Shown here in pieces: positions 9,576 to 19,458 of a stretch of DNA of 64,000 nucleotides. Where the stretch lies: NCBI GenBank assembly GCA_965249245.1, contig CBDFLV010000006.1, positions 1,658,327 to 1,722,326 on the forward strand. The letters run 5' to 3'. The position numbers and the translations under genes are program-made. Below the pieces are notes generated by a model, which was given only the letters and a program-made list of their open reading frames with translations, ran no database searches and had not been told where the DNA came from. Position 1 is the stretch's first letter. Every line of letters begins with the position of its first letter. This DNA comes from Acidobacteriota bacterium. Lineage in GTDB: Bacteria > Acidobacteriota > UBA6911 > RPQK01 > CBDAPI01.

Positions 9576-10493
9576 ATGGGAGCTAACGATTCCGAATCGT
9601 CTGAACCTAATCCTGATTTCTCGATCCTTATCCGCACACGGGACCGTTTGGCATATCTGCGTCGTGCTTTGGAGTCTCTTGAGCGGCTTGACTACCCACG
9701 GAGAGCATACGAGATAGTGGTCATCGTCGACGGAAGCCGCGATGGTACTGGTGAATGGCTCCAGGAGTGGAAGCGCAACGCCAACTGTGCCGTCACCGTA
9801 CTCAATTCTTCCCCCAAGGGACTGGCCAGTAGCAACAACATCGGCTTGCAAACGGCCAAGGGACGGCTGGTGGTGTTTCTTGACGACGACTGCCTAGTAC
9901 CAACCGACTGGCTATCTCTGTTTCACCAGGCTGCAAAAGACAAGGGAGGGGCGGTCCTTTGCGGGAGGCTTCATAATGGTTGTTCCGGGAACTTACTCTC
10001 AGAGTTAACCATCTTCCTGCTCAACTGCCTGCAGGAAACATCCCGGCGGGCCGACGGCCAGGTCTCCTTTTCCTCCTCGGCGAACACCGCCTATCCCTGT
10101 GAGGCTGTCGCCCTGGTCGGCAGCTTTGACGAGCGCTACGACGAACTGGCTGCAGAAGAGCGCGACTGGAACCAGAGGCTGCAGGACGCCGGCTGGGCAT
10201 TCCACGACCTTCCGTATCTGATCGTGGAGCACAATGACCCCCTCAGCTGGAGACGCTTTTTGGCCACACATCTACGCTATGGGCGTGGAGCGTTCCTGTT
10301 CTATCAGATCCATCGCCATGAGCCTCTATTCAGGTCAAGACGAGACATGAGGCTGATCCGGGCTATCCTCTCGCGCTACAAGTTCCCCAGGAACCTGGGC
10401 ATGTCGGGCCTGCTGCTGGTGGCGCAACTGACGACGGCAACCGGTTTCATTTGGCAAGGGCTCGTTTCTCTACCTGGAAGACTCCGACAGTGA
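9576..10493 (+). CDS. Glycosyltransferase family 2
   Basis: SILIRTRDR, IVDGSRDGT, FLDDD (DxD), GSFDERY motifs. Confidence 0.9.
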   Translation: MGANDSESSEPNPDFSILIRTRDRLAYLRRALESLERLDYPRRAYEIVVIVDGSRDGTGEWLQEWKRNANCAVTVLNSSPKGLASSNNIGLQTAKGRLVVFLDDDCLVPTDWLSLFHQAAKDKGGAVLCGRLHNGCSGNLLSELTIFLLNCLQETSRRADGQVSFSSSANTAYPCEAVALVGSFDERYDELAAEERDWNQRLQDAGWAFHDLPYLIVEHNDPLSWRRFLATHLRYGRGAFLFYQIHRHEPLFRSRRDMRLIRAILSRYKFPRNLGMSGLLLVAQLTTATGFIWQGLVSLPGRLRQ

Positions 10494-10521
10494 ACAGCGG
10501 TGGGGCTCTCGCGGCGCCCGG

Positions 10522-11673
10522 TTACTGCTCTTGGGTGACAAGACTGTGGTAGAGGTCTAGATAGGCAGAGCCCACGCGTTCCATAGAATAGCTATCTCGG
10601 ATCAGTCTGCGGGCGTTCTCACCCATGATGGATCGTTCCGCCTCGGACTTTGACGCTATCTCCAACAGACAACGGACAAGGGCCGTGGCATCTCCGCTTG
10701 GGAAGAGCAGGCCGTTGTGGCCATGCCGCACCAGCTCCGGATTGCCGCCGGCATCGGAAGCGACCACAGGTGTTCCCTGGCTCATTGCTTCCAGGACGGC
10801 GTTCGAGAGCCCCTCGTCCCGGGATGGTTGCACCAGACAGGCAGCTTGGCGGATCAAGGGAGCTACGTTCTGGACATAGCCTTGGTATTCGACCCTTGTC
10901 CCCCATCGCTTGTGGCACATGGCTCTCACACGATCCTCCTCGGGATGGAACCCCGCCACCAGCAGCTTCCATCGATCCAGTACGGGAGCAACTTTCTCCC
11001 AGGCTTCCAACGCCAGATCCCACCCCTTTCGATGGTTGAGTGTGCCGCAGAAAAGAAAACAGTCGGATCGATCGTCAGGGACGACCACTCCTTGGTTGTC
11101 CGACTCGATTCCGTTCGGAATTCGGTGCAGTCGTTGTGGAGGGATTCCCGCAGCAAGCGTGCGTTCGAATGCGGTTTGGCAGACCACCACCAACGCTTCA
11201 CAGCTCAGAACCCAGCGGTGGAGAGAGTTCGAGAAGGGCATCCAGCCATAGTATTCCAGGAACTCTTCCGGACCCGAGGCGGGTATCTTGAGGACGCAGG
11301 GAACTCGACTCCGACGGGCGGCAAGCAGCGCCGGAAGCGTTGTATGCGTGAAGTGCATACCATGCAGATGGATCACGTCGACGTGCCTGACCAGGGAGGC
11401 AACCCGGCGATACATGGCTCCAGAGTGGGGCAAACGAGCCCTGAGACCTAGGGTTCTGGGATTCTCCTTCGTGGGTACGGTGTAAATTCGAATGTGTCCA
11501 TGGACATCCTCGTCCCGCGGTGAACCACTGGTCACTATGGAGACTTCGACTCCCAGCTTGCTCAATGCTCGAGCCAGACGCATAGCCTGGATCTCTGACC
11601 CACTCGCCAGTTCCGGCGGCAGAAGGTGACTGACCATTAGTATCCGCAGGGGACGGGGTACAGCAGGATTCAT
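10522..11673 (-). CDS. Glycosyltransferase family 4
   Basis: RIPNGI, RKGWDL, SRDEGLSNAVLEAMSQG (EX7E), GGNPELV motifs. Confidence 0.92.
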   Translation of the reverse strand: MNPAVPRPLRILMVSHLLPPELASGSEIQAMRLARALSKLGVEVSIVTSGSPRDEDVHGHIRIYTVPTKENPRTLGLRARLPHSGAMYRRVASLVRHVDVIHLHGMHFTHTTLPALLAARRSRVPCVLKIPASGPEEFLEYYGWMPFSNSLHRWVLSCEALVVVCQTAFERTLAAGIPPQRLHRIPNGIESDNQGVVVPDDRSDCFLFCGTLNHRKGWDLALEAWEKVAPVLDRWKLLVAGFHPEEDRVRAMCHKRWGTRVEYQGYVQNVAPLIRQAACLVQPSRDEGLSNAVLEAMSQGTPVVASDAGGNPELVRHGHNGLLFPSGDATALVRCLLEIASKSEAERSIMGENARRLIRDSYSMERVGSAYLDLYHSLVTQEQ

Positions 11674-11679
11674 CGTAGG

Positions 11680-12462
11680 TCAGAGCCCCAGGGCTGCAGC
11701 GTCAGGAGAAGGCGCTCCGTACTGCGCCAAGGCGCGATCTGTAGGACCGTCGAAGCGGAGGTGACCTCTTTCAAGGACGAGGGTGCGCGGGCAAAAGCCA
11801 CGGATCGTATCCAGATTGTGGCTGACGAATATCACCGTTCGCCCTTCGTCGCACATCTTACGGATCTTCTGGAGGCACTTGACTCGGAAGTCGCTGTCGC
11901 CGACCGAGATCACCTCGTCGAAGAGCATGATGTTGGCGTCCAAGTGGGCGGCGACCGAGAAGGCGAGACGCATGTAGGTGCCGCTCGAATACCGCTTCAC
12001 CGGTGTGTCCAGAAACTCTTCCACCTCGGCAAAGGCGACGATCGCATCGAACTTCTCGCGCACTTCGGGGATGGTCATGCCGAGCGTGGAACCGAACAGA
12101 AAGGTGTTCTCGCGCCCCGTAAACTCAGGGTGGAAGCCACCTCCCACCTCCAGCATGGAACCCACCCTCCCTTCGAGGATCGCGTGACCTTCCGTAGGCC
12201 AAGTGATGCGAGAGAGGATCTTGAGCAGGACCGACTTTCCGGCCCCGTTGGGTCCGACGAGCCCGACCAGTTCCCCGTGACGCAGGGCGAAGCTGACGTC
12301 GCGAAGGGCCCACAGCGGGTCTTGTTTCCGCGCCGATCGAGGGGGCAGCCCAGGGACGATGCGCCGAGCGACATCCTCGAACAAACCATGCAGGCCGTGG
12401 ACATACGGGCCCCGGGTAAACCGTTTGCCGAGCTTCTCGACCTGGATCGCCATCGCGCCCAT
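11680..12462 (-). CDS. wzt: Polysaccharide ABC exporter ATP-binding subunit (short; no C-terminal carbohydrate-binding domain)
   Basis: GPNGAGKS, YSSGTYMRLAF, LFDEVISVGD motifs; 260 aa. Confidence 0.9.
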   Translation of the reverse strand: MGAMAIQVEKLGKRFTRGPYVHGLHGLFEDVARRIVPGLPPRSARKQDPLWALRDVSFALRHGELVGLVGPNGAGKSVLLKILSRITWPTEGHAILEGRVGSMLEVGGGFHPEFTGRENTFLFGSTLGMTIPEVREKFDAIVAFAEVEEFLDTPVKRYSSGTYMRLAFSVAAHLDANIMLFDEVISVGDSDFRVKCLQKIRKMCDEGRTVIFVSHNLDTIRGFCPRTLVLERGHLRFDGPTDRALAQYGAPSPDAAALGL

Positions 12463-12465
12463 GTT

Positions 12466-13290
12466 TCAAACCAAGTCTGCAAAAGTGGTCTCTTCGCGCC
12501 GGAACCAGTAGAGCCCGCCGACGAGGACGAGCACGAGGACCGCGAGGGACACGAGCATCATCCGGCCCGGGGGATGGCCCTCTCCCGCCAAGGCCCAGCG
12601 AAATCCCTCGACCACTCCTGTCATGGGGTTCATCTCGTACAGGGGCCGCCATGCTTCGGGAACGACGCTCAGGGGATAGGCCACCGGCGTCAGAAACAGC
12701 CACAGCTGCGAGATGAAGGGCATGCCCTGGTTCACGTCGCGAAATCGGACGTTGATCGCTGCCAGCCACAACCCGAAAGCGAGGGCGGTCGTCGTAGCCA
12801 TGAGGACGAAGAACGGAAGTGTGAAGATGGCGAAGCCCGGAGCGAAACCGTAGAATATCATCAAGGGGATCAGGACCAGAAGAGACATGATCAGGTCGAC
12901 CAGTCCTCCCAGCACGGACGCAAGCGGAAGAAGGAGCCGCGGAAAGTACACTTTGGAGATCACGGCCTGCTGAGTCACCACGCTGCCGCTGGCCATCGTC
13001 ATGGCGTGCACGAAGTAGGTCCAGGGGACAAGGGCACAAAACGTGAAGATCGGGTAGGGCACGTCGCCCGACGAGACATCGAGCCAACGTCCGAAGAAGA
13101 CACTGAAGACGACCATCGTCAAGAGGGGCTGAAGGATCACCCAAGTGATGCCTGCCAGCGTCTGCTTGTATCGTACCCTAACATTCCGCCAGGCGAGGAT
13201 GACCAACAGCACGCGAAACTGCAAGAGTTCAGATAGATCGAGCGGCACCCAGCCGGAGCGAGGCTCGATGCGTAAGACGGGGAGTGCCAT
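12466..13290 (-). CDS. wzm: Polysaccharide ABC exporter permease
   Basis: RVRYKQT..G..W..LQPL, KVYFPR, NVRFRDV, NPM motifs; ATG 13290 (MALPV). Confidence 0.92.
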   Translation of the reverse strand: MALPVLRIEPRSGWVPLDLSELLQFRVLLVILAWRNVRVRYKQTLAGITWVILQPLLTMVVFSVFFGRWLDVSSGDVPYPIFTFCALVPWTYFVHAMTMASGSVVTQQAVISKVYFPRLLLPLASVLGGLVDLIMSLLVLIPLMIFYGFAPGFAIFTLPFFVLMATTTALAFGLWLAAINVRFRDVNQGMPFISQLWLFLTPVAYPLSVVPEAWRPLYEMNPMTGVVEGFRWALAGEGHPPGRMMLVSLAVLVLVLVGGLYWFRREETTFADLV

Positions 13291-13847
13291 GGTTGATCGT
13301 TTCTTTACCGGGTTTTGCGACGCTGTGAAGGACGTCTCTGTGCGCGGTACGCAAGCTCGCCCAGACTGCAGACTCCAGCGACGATAGGGCTGCGGGTGAT
13401 CTGGCTGGGCAGTTCCTCGAGTGCAGCTCGTTTGCCAGGATCGACTGCCAGACTCACGATCGCGAACGCAACTCCTCAAGCCTGCTGGAGATTTCCCTTG
13501 GATTCCTCCGAAGAAACGGCAGGCTCAGGTGTGTCAGCAGGGGGAGTCTGTCCACGTAAGGGTCGACGCGATGTCGGTATAGGCGGCGGTCCCTCACGTC
13601 AGCCAGTGGTCGCCCAACGAATTCGCCAAGTCGCCGGAAATCGCCTTCATCTCTCATAAGATCTTCGTATTTTACAGTGATCTGCGACCCACTCCCACGC
13701 GCCGCATGCTTCAGAATACACTCATTGAACGTTGTCCAGGTGTGAAGTACGCGGAACGACTTCAGCAACCGGACCCTCTGTGCCAACATGGGTGAGACAC
13801 TTCTTCCCCACTAAATTAGACTAGAGGGTGAGAAGCTGGATCACACG

Positions 13848-14348
13848 ATGATGGTAAACAGGAGCGATAAGAAACTGAGGATTTTGGAGACTTCGGAGCG
13901 AAGCGGAGAGGTCCCCAAAATCGGTGCGGAACGGACTGAGCCCGACAGGGTTCTTCCTAGACCCGATCCGGAAGTTCCCAGCAAGGCCACGCGTCGCCGA
14001 TTTTCAGCCCGCTATAAGCTCCGGATCCTGGAGCAGGCCGATGGATGTGAAGAGTCGGGCGGAGTGGGAGCCTTGCTGCGCCGAGAAGGACTTTACTGGT
14101 CGAATCTTCAGACCTGGCGACGACAACGCGAGGAAGGAACGCTGCAGGCGCTGACTCCTCGCAAGCGGGGGCGCAAGTCCAAGCCGGTCAATCCTCTGGA
14201 TCATCAATTGAGGCAAGTTCAGGCCGAGAATCGGAAGTTGAAGCGCAAGCTCGAGAAGTTTGAAGCCATGCTGGATCTCCAAAAAAAAGTCTCGCAACTG
14301 TTGGGGATCTCTCTGGCGAGCAGCGAAGAGAACGGAGACGAGAGCTGA
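13848..14348 (+). CDS. IS3 OrfA (HTH)
   Basis: RRRFSARYKLRIL...LLRREGLYWSNLQTWR; A8 run at 14281-14288 whose -1 frame is open into OrfB. Confidence 0.85.
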   Translation: MMVNRSDKKLRILETSERSGEVPKIGAERTEPDRVLPRPDPEVPSKATRRRFSARYKLRILEQADGCEESGGVGALLRREGLYWSNLQTWRRQREEGTLQALTPRKRGRKSKPVNPLDHQLRQVQAENRKLKRKLEKFEAMLDLQKKVSQLLGISLASSEENGDES

Positions 14349-15346
14349 TGGACGAAGCTTTGCGATTCTCACAATCCCACGGAGTCCGGGCCGGCTGTCA
14401 GGCTCTGGATCTGCCGCCATCCAGTCTGTATCGGGAGAAACTTCGGCGGGAACGGCCGGCGATGGATCCTCGACCTCGGCCCGCATCCCCACGCGCCTTG
14501 AGCCCGCCCGAGAAGGAAGCTGTCGTGGAGGTCCTGCACAGCCAGCGGTTTGTCGACAAAGCTCCCGCCACAGTGTGGGCGGAGCTACTGGATGAAGGGC
14601 GATACTTGTGCTCGATCCGAACCATGTATCGCATTCTGTCCCAACGTCTGGAAGTCAAGGAGCGTCGCCGCCAGCGCCGCCATCCCCAATACGCCAAGCC
14701 AGAACTCCTGGCCACCGGCCCCAACCAATGTTGGTCATGGGACATCACCAAGCTCAAGGGTCCCGTCAAATGGAGTTATTACTACCTCTATGTGGTTCTG
14801 GATATCTTCAGCCGCTACGTGGTGGGCTGGATGGTGGCCACCCAGGAGAACTCACGCCTGGCCAAGGCTTTGATCGCCCAGAGCTACTCCAAGCAGGCGA
14901 TCGTGTCGGGAGATCTCACCCTCCATGCTGATCGAGGGTCGTCGATGAGTTCCAAGGCACTGGCCTTGCTGCTGGCCGATCTGGGAGTGACCAAGTCTCA
15001 CTCTCGGCCTCACGTCTGTGACGACAATCCCTACTCGGAGGCCCAATTCAAGACCCTCAAGTACCGGCCCGAATTCCCGGCTCGATTCGGCACCATCCAG
15101 CAAGCCAGAACCTTTTGCCGGGAGTTCTTCGATTGGTATAACCGCGACCATCGCCATTCGGGTATCGGCCTGCACACTCCCGAGGACGTGCACTACCTCA
15201 CCGCCATCGCCACACGTCGCAATCGAGCCCAAACACTGGAGGCCGCCCATGCACTCTTCCAGGAGAGATTTCCCAATGGCAAACCCGTTCCTCCCGCTCT
15301 TCCAGAGGCGGTTTGGATCAACCCTCCCGAAAAGAAGGACCCCTGA
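14348..15346 (+). CDS. IS3 OrfB (DDE integrase core)
   Basis: WSWDIT, LDIFSRY, HADRG, DNPYSEAQFKTLKY motifs; TGATG overlap with orfA. Confidence 0.9.
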   Translation: MDEALRFSQSHGVRAGCQALDLPPSSLYREKLRRERPAMDPRPRPASPRALSPPEKEAVVEVLHSQRFVDKAPATVWAELLDEGRYLCSIRTMYRILSQRLEVKERRRQRRHPQYAKPELLATGPNQCWSWDITKLKGPVKWSYYYLYVVLDIFSRYVVGWMVATQENSRLAKALIAQSYSKQAIVSGDLTLHADRGSSMSSKALALLLADLGVTKSHSRPHVCDDNPYSEAQFKTLKYRPEFPARFGTIQQARTFCREFFDWYNRDHRHSGIGLHTPEDVHYLTAIATRRNRAQTLEAAHALFQERFPNGKPVPPALPEAVWINPPEKKDP

Positions 15347-15924
15347 GATGACGCTACTGTAATTTATTCACCAAAGTGTCTCAAAGTTGTTGACACGTTC
15401 CGGACCTGCTTCCAGCCCACAATATGCGCGTGCTTCAGCACCTCGATGAATCCACGGTACACGATGACCAACGCGTGTGCCGGAAGCTCACTCTGCCAGA
15501 CCGGATACGTCAAGCATGTCCGCGGATCCTTGAAACCCCAATCGGCATAACGCCGCCCGCAGTCCTGGATGATCCGACGCATTTCTTTCCGCTGCTTGCG
15601 CGTTGGACGGCGGGGCAACTTCCATGCTATCGCGACGTCGTCGTAGTGACCTTGTTCATTCACACCGTCACGACGCACGATAGCACCCAAGGGTGGAATC
15701 ATGCAGCCAGAAAGCAGTTGGTGATTCAGGTCCACCACCGATGCACGCTCGTAGTGACCTCCTTCATCATAGTCCGTGGATTCGTCGGCGTGATCTACCA
15801 TGTTGATTCCCGATGCATGTAGGGTGCGGGAAACAAGGGTTGTGCCCGACTTGTGCACCCCCAACACGACGTAGATCATCGTCTCCTCGTACCCACTACG
15901 AATATCTCTCCAACTCCTGATCAA

Positions 15925-17231
15925 AGGGGTGTACCGTTCTTTCTGTAATTTGGGAAAGGTGAGCTAAAAGGATCAGAGGTCTGGGGCAGGATTTCTCCAA
16001 AAACTCAAGGCAACGAGTAAGGAGGATCCGAATGACCCCAGACCCAAAACAGAGGCTACCACGAGAACTATTGAGAGAGCTGATCGAAGAAGGCAGTGAA
16101 GCGTTTCGAGGAGTATTAGAGAAGCTGATCAACGCCGCCATGCAGCTGGAACGAGAAGAGTTTCTGGGAGCTCGACGCTGGGAGCGGAGCGAGCAGCGTC
16201 GAGACCACGCCAACGGGTACAAGGACAAGACGCTGTCCACTCGAGTGGGACAGCTGCGAATCCGGATTCCACAAGTACGTCACCTGGACTTCTATCCCCG
16301 ATCCCTGGAACGAGGGTGCCGTTCGGAGAAGGCGCTCAAGTTGGCCATCGCCGAGATGTATGTAATGGGCGTGTCGACGCGCAAGGTCACCGAGATCTCC
16401 GCCAGCCAGGTCTCAAGAATCTCCAAGCTGCTGGACGACGAACTCGAGCAGTTTCGCAACCGCCCTTTGGGCAGCTATCCAGTTGTGTACCTGGATGCGC
16501 ACTACGAGAAGGTCCGTCGCCAGGGCAGCATTCAGGATGTGGCCGTCTTGAAAGCGACCGGAGTCAACTGCTGGGGCAAGCGGGAGGTGATTGGGGTCAG
16601 CTGCCGACTCAGCGAGGCTGAGGTCCACTGGCGAGGGTTTCTGCAGCAGCTTCAAAAGCGTGGTCTGGAGGGTGTGCAGCTGATTGTCAGCGATGACCAC
16701 TCGGGTCTACGTGCTGCTAGAAGAGCCGTTTTTCCCTCGGTGCCCTGGCAACGCTGTCAGTTTCACCTGAGCCAGAATGCTCAGCGTTACGCCCGCCGAT
16801 CCGATCAACGTGCCGCCATCGCCACTGACATTCGAGACATCTTCAACGCACCCTCAGGCGGCGAGGGCGAGGCCATGCTTCGAACCCGAGTCGAGCAATA
16901 CCGTGACCGCAACCCGGAGCTGGCCGATTGGATGGAGACCAACCTGCCCGAAGGCTTTACGGTCTTTCGTTTTGCACGTTCTACCTGGCGGCGCATTCGC
17001 ACCAACAACGGGCTGGAGAACCTAAACCGTCAGATTCGCCGGCGCACCCGGGTCGTCGGTATCTTTCCAAACACCGAGTCCGCTTTGCGACTCATCACCG
17101 CCGTCGTCGAGGAGATTCACGAAGACTGGCTGATCGGGAAGCAGTACCTCAGTCTGGTCGATTTCAACCCACAGGAGAATCCTGTTTCAGATCGCTCTCA
17201 GTCAAATTACAGAAAAACAGTTGCGTAACCC
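15925..17231 (+). mobile_element. IS256-family element inserted 6 codons before the stop of a glycosyltransferase
   Basis: Shared terminal core TTCTGTAATTTG in inverted orientation; direct repeat CTGATCAA at 15917-15924 and 17231-17238; exact ends uncertain by 1-2 bp. Confidence 0.85.
16032..17228 (+). CDS. IS256-family transposase (probable short in-frame deletion)
   Basis: NGYK, GVSTRKV, YLDA, VSDDH, WQRCQFH, TNNGLENLNRQIRRRT motifs. Confidence 0.9.
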   Translation: MTPDPKQRLPRELLRELIEEGSEAFRGVLEKLINAAMQLEREEFLGARRWERSEQRRDHANGYKDKTLSTRVGQLRIRIPQVRHLDFYPRSLERGCRSEKALKLAIAEMYVMGVSTRKVTEISASQVSRISKLLDDELEQFRNRPLGSYPVVYLDAHYEKVRRQGSIQDVAVLKATGVNCWGKREVIGVSCRLSEAEVHWRGFLQQLQKRGLEGVQLIVSDDHSGLRAARRAVFPSVPWQRCQFHLSQNAQRYARRSDQRAAIATDIRDIFNAPSGGEGEAMLRTRVEQYRDRNPELADWMETNLPEGFTVFRFARSTWRRIRTNNGLENLNRQIRRRTRVVGIFPNTESALRLITAVVEEIHEDWLIGKQYLSLVDFNPQENPVSDRSQSNYRKTVA

Positions 17232-18336
17232 TGATCAACAGCGCCGGATGTTCCCGATGCGCTCCTCCTACTCACCGACCTTCCTTCCTGGCTGGCTTCC
17301 TGAAGGATGTCTATCAGCTGATCAATGCGGCTTTCCCAGTGCAGATATCGATAGGCCCAACGTTGCGACCTCTTGCGGACCGCTTCCCGCTTCTCTGGGG
17401 AATACCCAAGGACTTCCTCGATGGCCTGGGCAATCTGGTGCGTCTCGAATGCGTCCAAGACTGGACACTCCGGTCCAAATGCTTCGAGAAACTCTGGGGA
17501 GTCGCTCGCCACCGATGTCACGACCATGCAACCCAAGCTCACGGCCTCTCTCGCAATGCCGCCTATACCCTTGGGTCGTGTGCCATATTGATCAAACAGC
17601 ACAACATTCCTAAGGCACATGTACGCATGCAACTGGGGCAACGACAGCTGACCTACGAAATCACAGTACCGCCGCAGTCCAAGTTGGTCAAGGATCTGAC
17701 CGTATTCGGACACATGATGTCCATGCATTCCAATCACCAGCCTGACATTCGCCGTGCCATTACGTGCGACGAATCGATGAAACGCTTCCAGGAACTTCTC
17801 GCTGGCCTTGTAGTCGACGACAGTGGGATCCAGGTTCTTCCTCGAAGGGCAGAAGAAGACCGAATCGTATTGGCGATACCGACTCTCCAGCTCTGCAAGG
17901 AGCTCACGGTCTACTCCTGCCGAGATTGCGTCTACATCGACCGGAAACGCATAGCGAGTCATCTTGTCTTGAACCCCGAGCAGCCTAGCCGCCCAAAACA
18001 CTTCGTCCTGGGGTGAGAGGATACAGTTCACCGTTCTAATGCGCCTGCGATGTAGATACGATAGCCATTGACCGCCCAGCGCGTAAAAAACAACCGGTTT
18101 CTTCAAGGCCAATGCATTCACCACATAGTGGCCTGCGGTCATGACGACGTCGCATCGCTTGCTGGCTCGAATGACCTTCGACTCCGGACGTCCTACATTC
18201 CATACCGGGACCGGCGTGAACGTGTGCATCCAGCTCGGATAGTTGCCTCGAAGCCCCGGATCTTCCCACTGCGGCGTGCTCCGACGATGGGCATAGTTCT
18301 TTTGAAGATGTAAGACAGCAGATTGTTTAGAGGGGG
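17232..18336 (-). pseudogene. GT4-like glycosyltransferase, 5'-interrupted by IS21 and C-terminus replaced by IS256
   Basis: FPVD, FCPSR, LFDQY, GGIAREAVSLG motifs; the original end ...GAVDQELERYS* continues at 15916-15896; the frame continues across IS21 into 21013-21106 without a start codon. Confidence 0.75.
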
Positions 18337-18693
18337 TGATCAACGTCAAATAGAATTCCCGCAGCGACGATTGGAAATCCCCACACAAGGATTAAAAAAA
18401 AAGAGCTGTAGCCGTCCTCTGAGACGGCCCTTTCCGCGGTCCTCCTTTCTGTAAAAAAGAGAGATTGTTCCTAGAATGCGAGGGGGACGGAGTGAGGGCG
18501 TAGCCCGAACGGAGCTCCCCCTCGCTCGCGCTGGCGTCGAGGGGAGTGGACCAGATCCACGAGGCTGCTGAGCGGCCTCTGTAGGGCGCTGTACGACCTC
18601 TCCCCTTGGCGGGCACTCGTCTATCGCCCTCACCAAGCACTTTCCGGGGTCCAATCAGCCGATTTGCCCGGATTTGACCTCCTCGCGGTTTCC

Positions 18694-19458
18694 TCATTTC
18701 GTGGTTCCCTGCTGCTTTGCCTTGGCGCTCTCCATTCGATAGCTCGGGACGTTGAGTTCCAGAATCACGCTGTGGTGCACCAGCCGGTCGATGGCTGCTG
18801 CCGTCGTCAGGGGGTCCTTGAAGATCCTCTCCCAGTCCGAGAAGATCAGGTTGCTGGTCAGCAAGATGCTGCGACGTTCGTAACGATGGGCCAGCAGTGT
18901 GAAGAGAACCTCCATTTCCTCCCGGCTTTGCTGAACGTAGCCGATGTCATCGACTATGAGAGCCTCGAAGCGATCCAGTTTCTTGAGCTCCTTCTCCAGA
19001 GTCAGATCGATTTTGGCCCGCAGCAATCGCTGTACCAGCAGGGCGCAGGTAGAAAACAGAACCCGGCGCCCCAGCAGAATCAACTCCTGGCCCAGAGCAC
19101 AGACCAGATGGGTTTTCCCGCTCCCAGGGTTACCGAAAGCCAAGACGTTCTCGGCACGATCCAAAAACGTCCCTTCCAGCAGCGCTGTGAGTTGTCGATC
19201 CACGCTTTGGGGCAAGCGCGAGCGGTCCAGCGCCGTCAGCGTTTTCTCCCAGGGAAGCTTGGAGGCCCGACGCTGGCGCTGGATTTTGCGCTCGTGCCGC
19301 TCCGCCACCTCGATCTCAGATAACGACAAGAGAAACCGGGGATAGGACAGACTTTCCTGGGTGGCCAGTGCCGCCTGGGCGGCGTAGTGCTCCCGAAAGG
19401 CCGGTAGATGCAGCTCGATTAGGCACTCGCGAAGTCGCGGTAAGTTGCCTGTGCTCAT
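18694..19458 (-). CDS. istB: IS21 helper ATPase IstB
   Basis: GNPGSGKTHL, IVDDIGY, ERRSILLTSN, AAIDRLVHH motifs; ATG 19458 overlaps the istA stop. Confidence 0.93.
   Translation of the reverse strand: MSTGNLPRLRECLIELHLPAFREHYAAQAALATQESLSYPRFLLSLSEIEVAERHERKIQRQRRASKLPWEKTLTALDRSRLPQSVDRQLTALLEGTFLDRAENVLAFGNPGSGKTHLVCALGQELILLGRRVLFSTCALLVQRLLRAKIDLTLEKELKKLDRFEALIVDDIGYVQQSREEMEVLFTLLAHRYERRSILLTSNLIFSDWERIFKDPLTTAAAIDRLVHHSVILELNVPSYRMESAKAKQQGTTK

Larger units (their letters stand above)
13776..15399 (+). mobile_element. IS3-family element
   Basis: Flanked by direct repeat CCGGACC (13769-13775, 15400-15406); imperfect IR GTGCCAACATGGGTGAGACACTT (13780-13802) versus AAGTGTCTCAAAGTTGTTGACAC (15374-15396). 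Confidence 0.88.
13454..15879 (-). pseudogene. Sulfotransferase split by IS3 (5' part 15879-15400, 3' part 13768-13454)
   Basis: GVHKSGTT PAPS-binding loop and WGFKDPRT motifs; removing the IS restores ...WKQVR|LLKSFRVL... in frame; GAGGAG RBS before ATG 15879. Confidence 0.9.
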
